Position numbers and translations under genes: made by a program
Part shown: positions 61,895 through 64,000 of the stretch, one piece after another
How the letters are laid out: each line of letters begins with the position of its first letter
Numbering within the stretch: position 1 is the stretch's first letter
Source: Bacillus subtilis subsp. subtilis str. 168
GTDB taxonomy: Bacteria; Bacillota; Bacilli; Bacillales; Bacillaceae
Direction of reading: 5' to 3'
DNA length: 64,000 bases
Assembly (NCBI RefSeq): GCF_000009045.1
Contig: NC_000964.3
Coordinates: forward strand, 2,976,001-3,040,000
Notes under the pieces: generated by a model
What the model was told of the DNA's origin: nothing
What the model saw: the letters and a program-made list of their open reading frames with translations, nothing else
Database searches by the model: none

Positions 61895-62165
61895 AAAATA
61901 AAAAACGCCCCTTCGTTTACACGAAGGGACGATTGATTATCGCGGTACCACCCTACTAATAAGAGAATGCAAACATTCGTCTTATCACTTTGCCTGATAA
62001 CGGATCAGGTCCGTTCTTTCACTACTGAAAGCCTGGCCGGCTTTGTTTGCAAAAGCGGTTCATGAGTGTATTCGATATATCCGTCTGTGCTGATTTTCAC
62101 CGGCCATCAGCTCTCTGGAACGTAAGGATATTCTACTTGTCTCAATCTTTACCTTTTCATATGAA
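61895..62165 (-). ncRNA. T-box riboswitch (Tyr) in the tyrS leader
   Basis: T-box AGGGTGGTACCGCG at 61954-61941; specifier TAC (Tyr) at 62070-62068; AGAGA/GCTGA stem I motifs; attenuator cccttcgt/acgaaggg plus U-tract. Confidence 0.95.
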
Positions 62166-62174
62166 GCTATATCA

Positions 62175-62203
62175 TTTTTAACATAAATAAAATCCTGTGT
62201 CAA
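62175..62203 (-). promoter_or_regulatory. sigma-A promoter of tyrS
   Basis: TTGACA-17 nt-TAAAAA with a TG extension. Confidence 0.75.
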
Positions 62204-62212
62204 CGCCGCCTT

Positions 62213-63931
62213 TTAATCCTCCATTGTTGACAGATCTCCAGCCGGCAGATTAAGCTCCCATGCCTTCAGCACGCGCCTCATGATCTTTCCGCTTCTGGTT
62301 TTCGGAAGCTTATCTTTAAATTCGATCTCACGCGGAGCCGCATGGGCTGCAAGACCCTGCTTTACAAATAGGCGGATCTCTTCTTTCAGTTTATCAGACG
62401 GCTCAAATCCTTCCCTGAGTGCAATAAAGGCTTTAATGATTTCTCCACGCACCGGGTCAGGCTTTCCGATAACGCCTGCTTCTGCAATAGCCGGATGTTC
62501 GACAAGCTTGCTTTCCACTTCAAATGGGCCGACGCGCTCACCGGAGGTCATGATGACGTCATCAACTCTGCCTTGGAACCAAAAGTATCCCTCTTCATCC
62601 ATGTAAGCAGAATCCCCAGACACATACCAGCCGCCCGGCATGAAATACGATTCATACTTTTCAGGGTTATTCCAAATGGTATGCATCATGGAAGGCCAGC
62701 CCTTTTTGATGGCGAGATTGCCCATTCGGTACGGCGGTAGCTCGTTGCCTTGATTGTCAACGATCGCTGCCTCCACTCCTGGAATCGGCTTACCCATTGA
62801 ACCCGGTTTAATATCCATGCAAGGATAGTTGCAGATGAGCTGACTGCCCGTTTCGGTCATCCACCAGGTATCATGGATTCGTTTGTTAAAAACTTTATGT
62901 CCCCATCTGATGACTTCCGGATTTAGCGGCTCACCGACACTGAGCACATGCCGGAGTGAAGTTAGATCATATTTCGCAGCCATTTCATCTCCCGCTCCCA
63001 TCAGCATCCGAAAAGCTGTCGGCGCGCTGTACCAGACATTGACGCCAAGCTGTTCAATCGTTCCATACCAGCTTTCCGGGCTGAAACGTCCGCCGACGAT
63101 GACATTTGTCGCTCCGTTCAGCCACGGTGCAAAAATGCCGTATACCGTACCTGTCACCCAGCCTGGATCAGCCGTGCACCAATAAATGTCTTCTTCCTTT
63201 AAATCAAGGACCCACTTTCCTGTTTGATATTGCTGAATCATCGCTTCATGGACATGCAACACGCCCTTTGGCGTACCAGTGGAACCTGATGTATAGTGAA
63301 GCAGAAAGCCGTCTTTTTTATCCATCCATTCGATATCCAATCTTGTGCTTTCCTGTTTCGCTGCTTCATCATAATTGATGATATTCGTGCCGCTCTCAGC
63401 CTCTCCCCCGACTACGAAGACATGCTGCAAGTGAGGCAGTTTGTCTACCGGTATTCTCTCCAGCAGCTCAGGCGTTGTGACAACAACCTTTGCCTCACTG
63501 TTTTCAAGCCGGTCTTTCACCGCTCCCTCCATAAATGCTTCGAACAGCGGCCCGGCGATGGCGCCAATTTTGATTGCGCCAAGCATAATAAAATAAAGCT
63601 CGGGTGATCTCGGCATAAAAATAAAAACGCGGTCCCCTTTTTCCACATTTCCATACCGTCTCAGCACATTCCCGGCTCTGTTTGATTCTTCCTTCATTTC
63701 TTTAAATGTGTATTTTTCATCCCTTTTTGCGTCTTTATAATAAAGCGCTACTTTGTTTTTTCGAAACGATTCGGCATGGCGGTCAATCGCTTCATACGCC
63801 GCATTCAGTTTCCCTGTCTCATGCCAAGAGAAATGTTTCTCTGCCTCGGCCCAATCAAAATGCCGGTACGTTTCTTCATAGTTTTTTAAGTTATGATCCC
63901 CCTCTATTGCTGGTAACGCTTTCAAGTTCAT
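62213..63931 (-). CDS. acsA: Acetyl-CoA synthetase
   Basis: 572 aa from MNLKALP with RBS GGGGG; YTSGSTGTPKG, DTWWMTETG, LPKTRSGK. Confidence 0.97.
   Translation of the reverse strand: MNLKALPAIEGDHNLKNYEETYRHFDWAEAEKHFSWHETGKLNAAYEAIDRHAESFRKNKVALYYKDAKRDEKYTFKEMKEESNRAGNVLRRYGNVEKGDRVFIFMPRSPELYFIMLGAIKIGAIAGPLFEAFMEGAVKDRLENSEAKVVVTTPELLERIPVDKLPHLQHVFVVGGEAESGTNIINYDEAAKQESTRLDIEWMDKKDGFLLHYTSGSTGTPKGVLHVHEAMIQQYQTGKWVLDLKEEDIYWCTADPGWVTGTVYGIFAPWLNGATNVIVGGRFSPESWYGTIEQLGVNVWYSAPTAFRMLMGAGDEMAAKYDLTSLRHVLSVGEPLNPEVIRWGHKVFNKRIHDTWWMTETGSQLICNYPCMDIKPGSMGKPIPGVEAAIVDNQGNELPPYRMGNLAIKKGWPSMMHTIWNNPEKYESYFMPGGWYVSGDSAYMDEEGYFWFQGRVDDVIMTSGERVGPFEVESKLVEHPAIAEAGVIGKPDPVRGEIIKAFIALREGFEPSDKLKEEIRLFVKQGLAAHAAPREIEFKDKLPKTRSGKIMRRVLKAWELNLPAGDLSTMED
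63911..63924 (-). promoter_or_regulatory. cre site inside the 5' end of acsA
   Basis: TGAAAGCGTTACCA within codons 3-7. Confidence 0.85.
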
Positions 63932-64000
63932 GCCCAAACATCCCCCTTTGCTGAAGTTGTCACAATTATTATAGTATATATTCATATTCTTCTCAATTTT

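Noticed and set aside
63932-63985. N-terminal extensions in the ORF track (acsA, ackA, tpx, tcyN, tcyJ, accD, braB and others)
   Set aside because: The upstream starts lack SD sequences; the downstream starts have good RBS spacing and give the expected protein lengths.

Overview
This window is core chromosome of Bacillus subtilis (168-type). It runs from phoR to acsA, and the gene order and lengths match what I recall of the reference around 2.976-3.040 Mb. It holds about 57 CDS, mostly on the minus strand. Main blocks: phoPR; citZ-icd-mdh; pfkA-pyk-ytzA; accDA; ytsJ; dnaE; nrnA/ytoI; the ~11 kb ascR/snaA-tcyJKLMN-cmoOIJ-ribR-sndA-ytnM S-alkyl-cysteine salvage block; argGH; ackA; ytxK; several sporulation genes; sppA-yteJ; nifZ-thiI; braB; ezrA; refZ; the diguanylate cyclase ytrP; rpsD; tyrS with a complete T-box; and acsA. 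Many regulatory sites can be read directly: cre, CcpC, LexA, Spo0A, AhrC and CymR boxes, and sigma A, W and G promoters. I found no rRNA, tRNA, CRISPR array, IS or prophage. Most of the content is already described. The best candidates for uncharacterised biology are: (1) the ytkL / ytoI (HTH-DRTGG-CBS-HotDog) / nrnA / dnaE neighbourhood, which looks like a nucleotide-sensing module interrupted by the sulfur-salvage block; (2) the YtxK methyltransferase-fold protein with a non-canonical motif IV, next to ackA; (3) YtkK, an SDR lacking the catalytic Tyr; (4) the ytcI-ytcJ pair; (5) a 39-codon ORF between tyrS and rpsD that is absent from the ORF track; and (6) a possible one-base frameshift at the end of ytnM. 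Gene names, motif consensus sequences and cross-species synteny come from memory, not from database searches.
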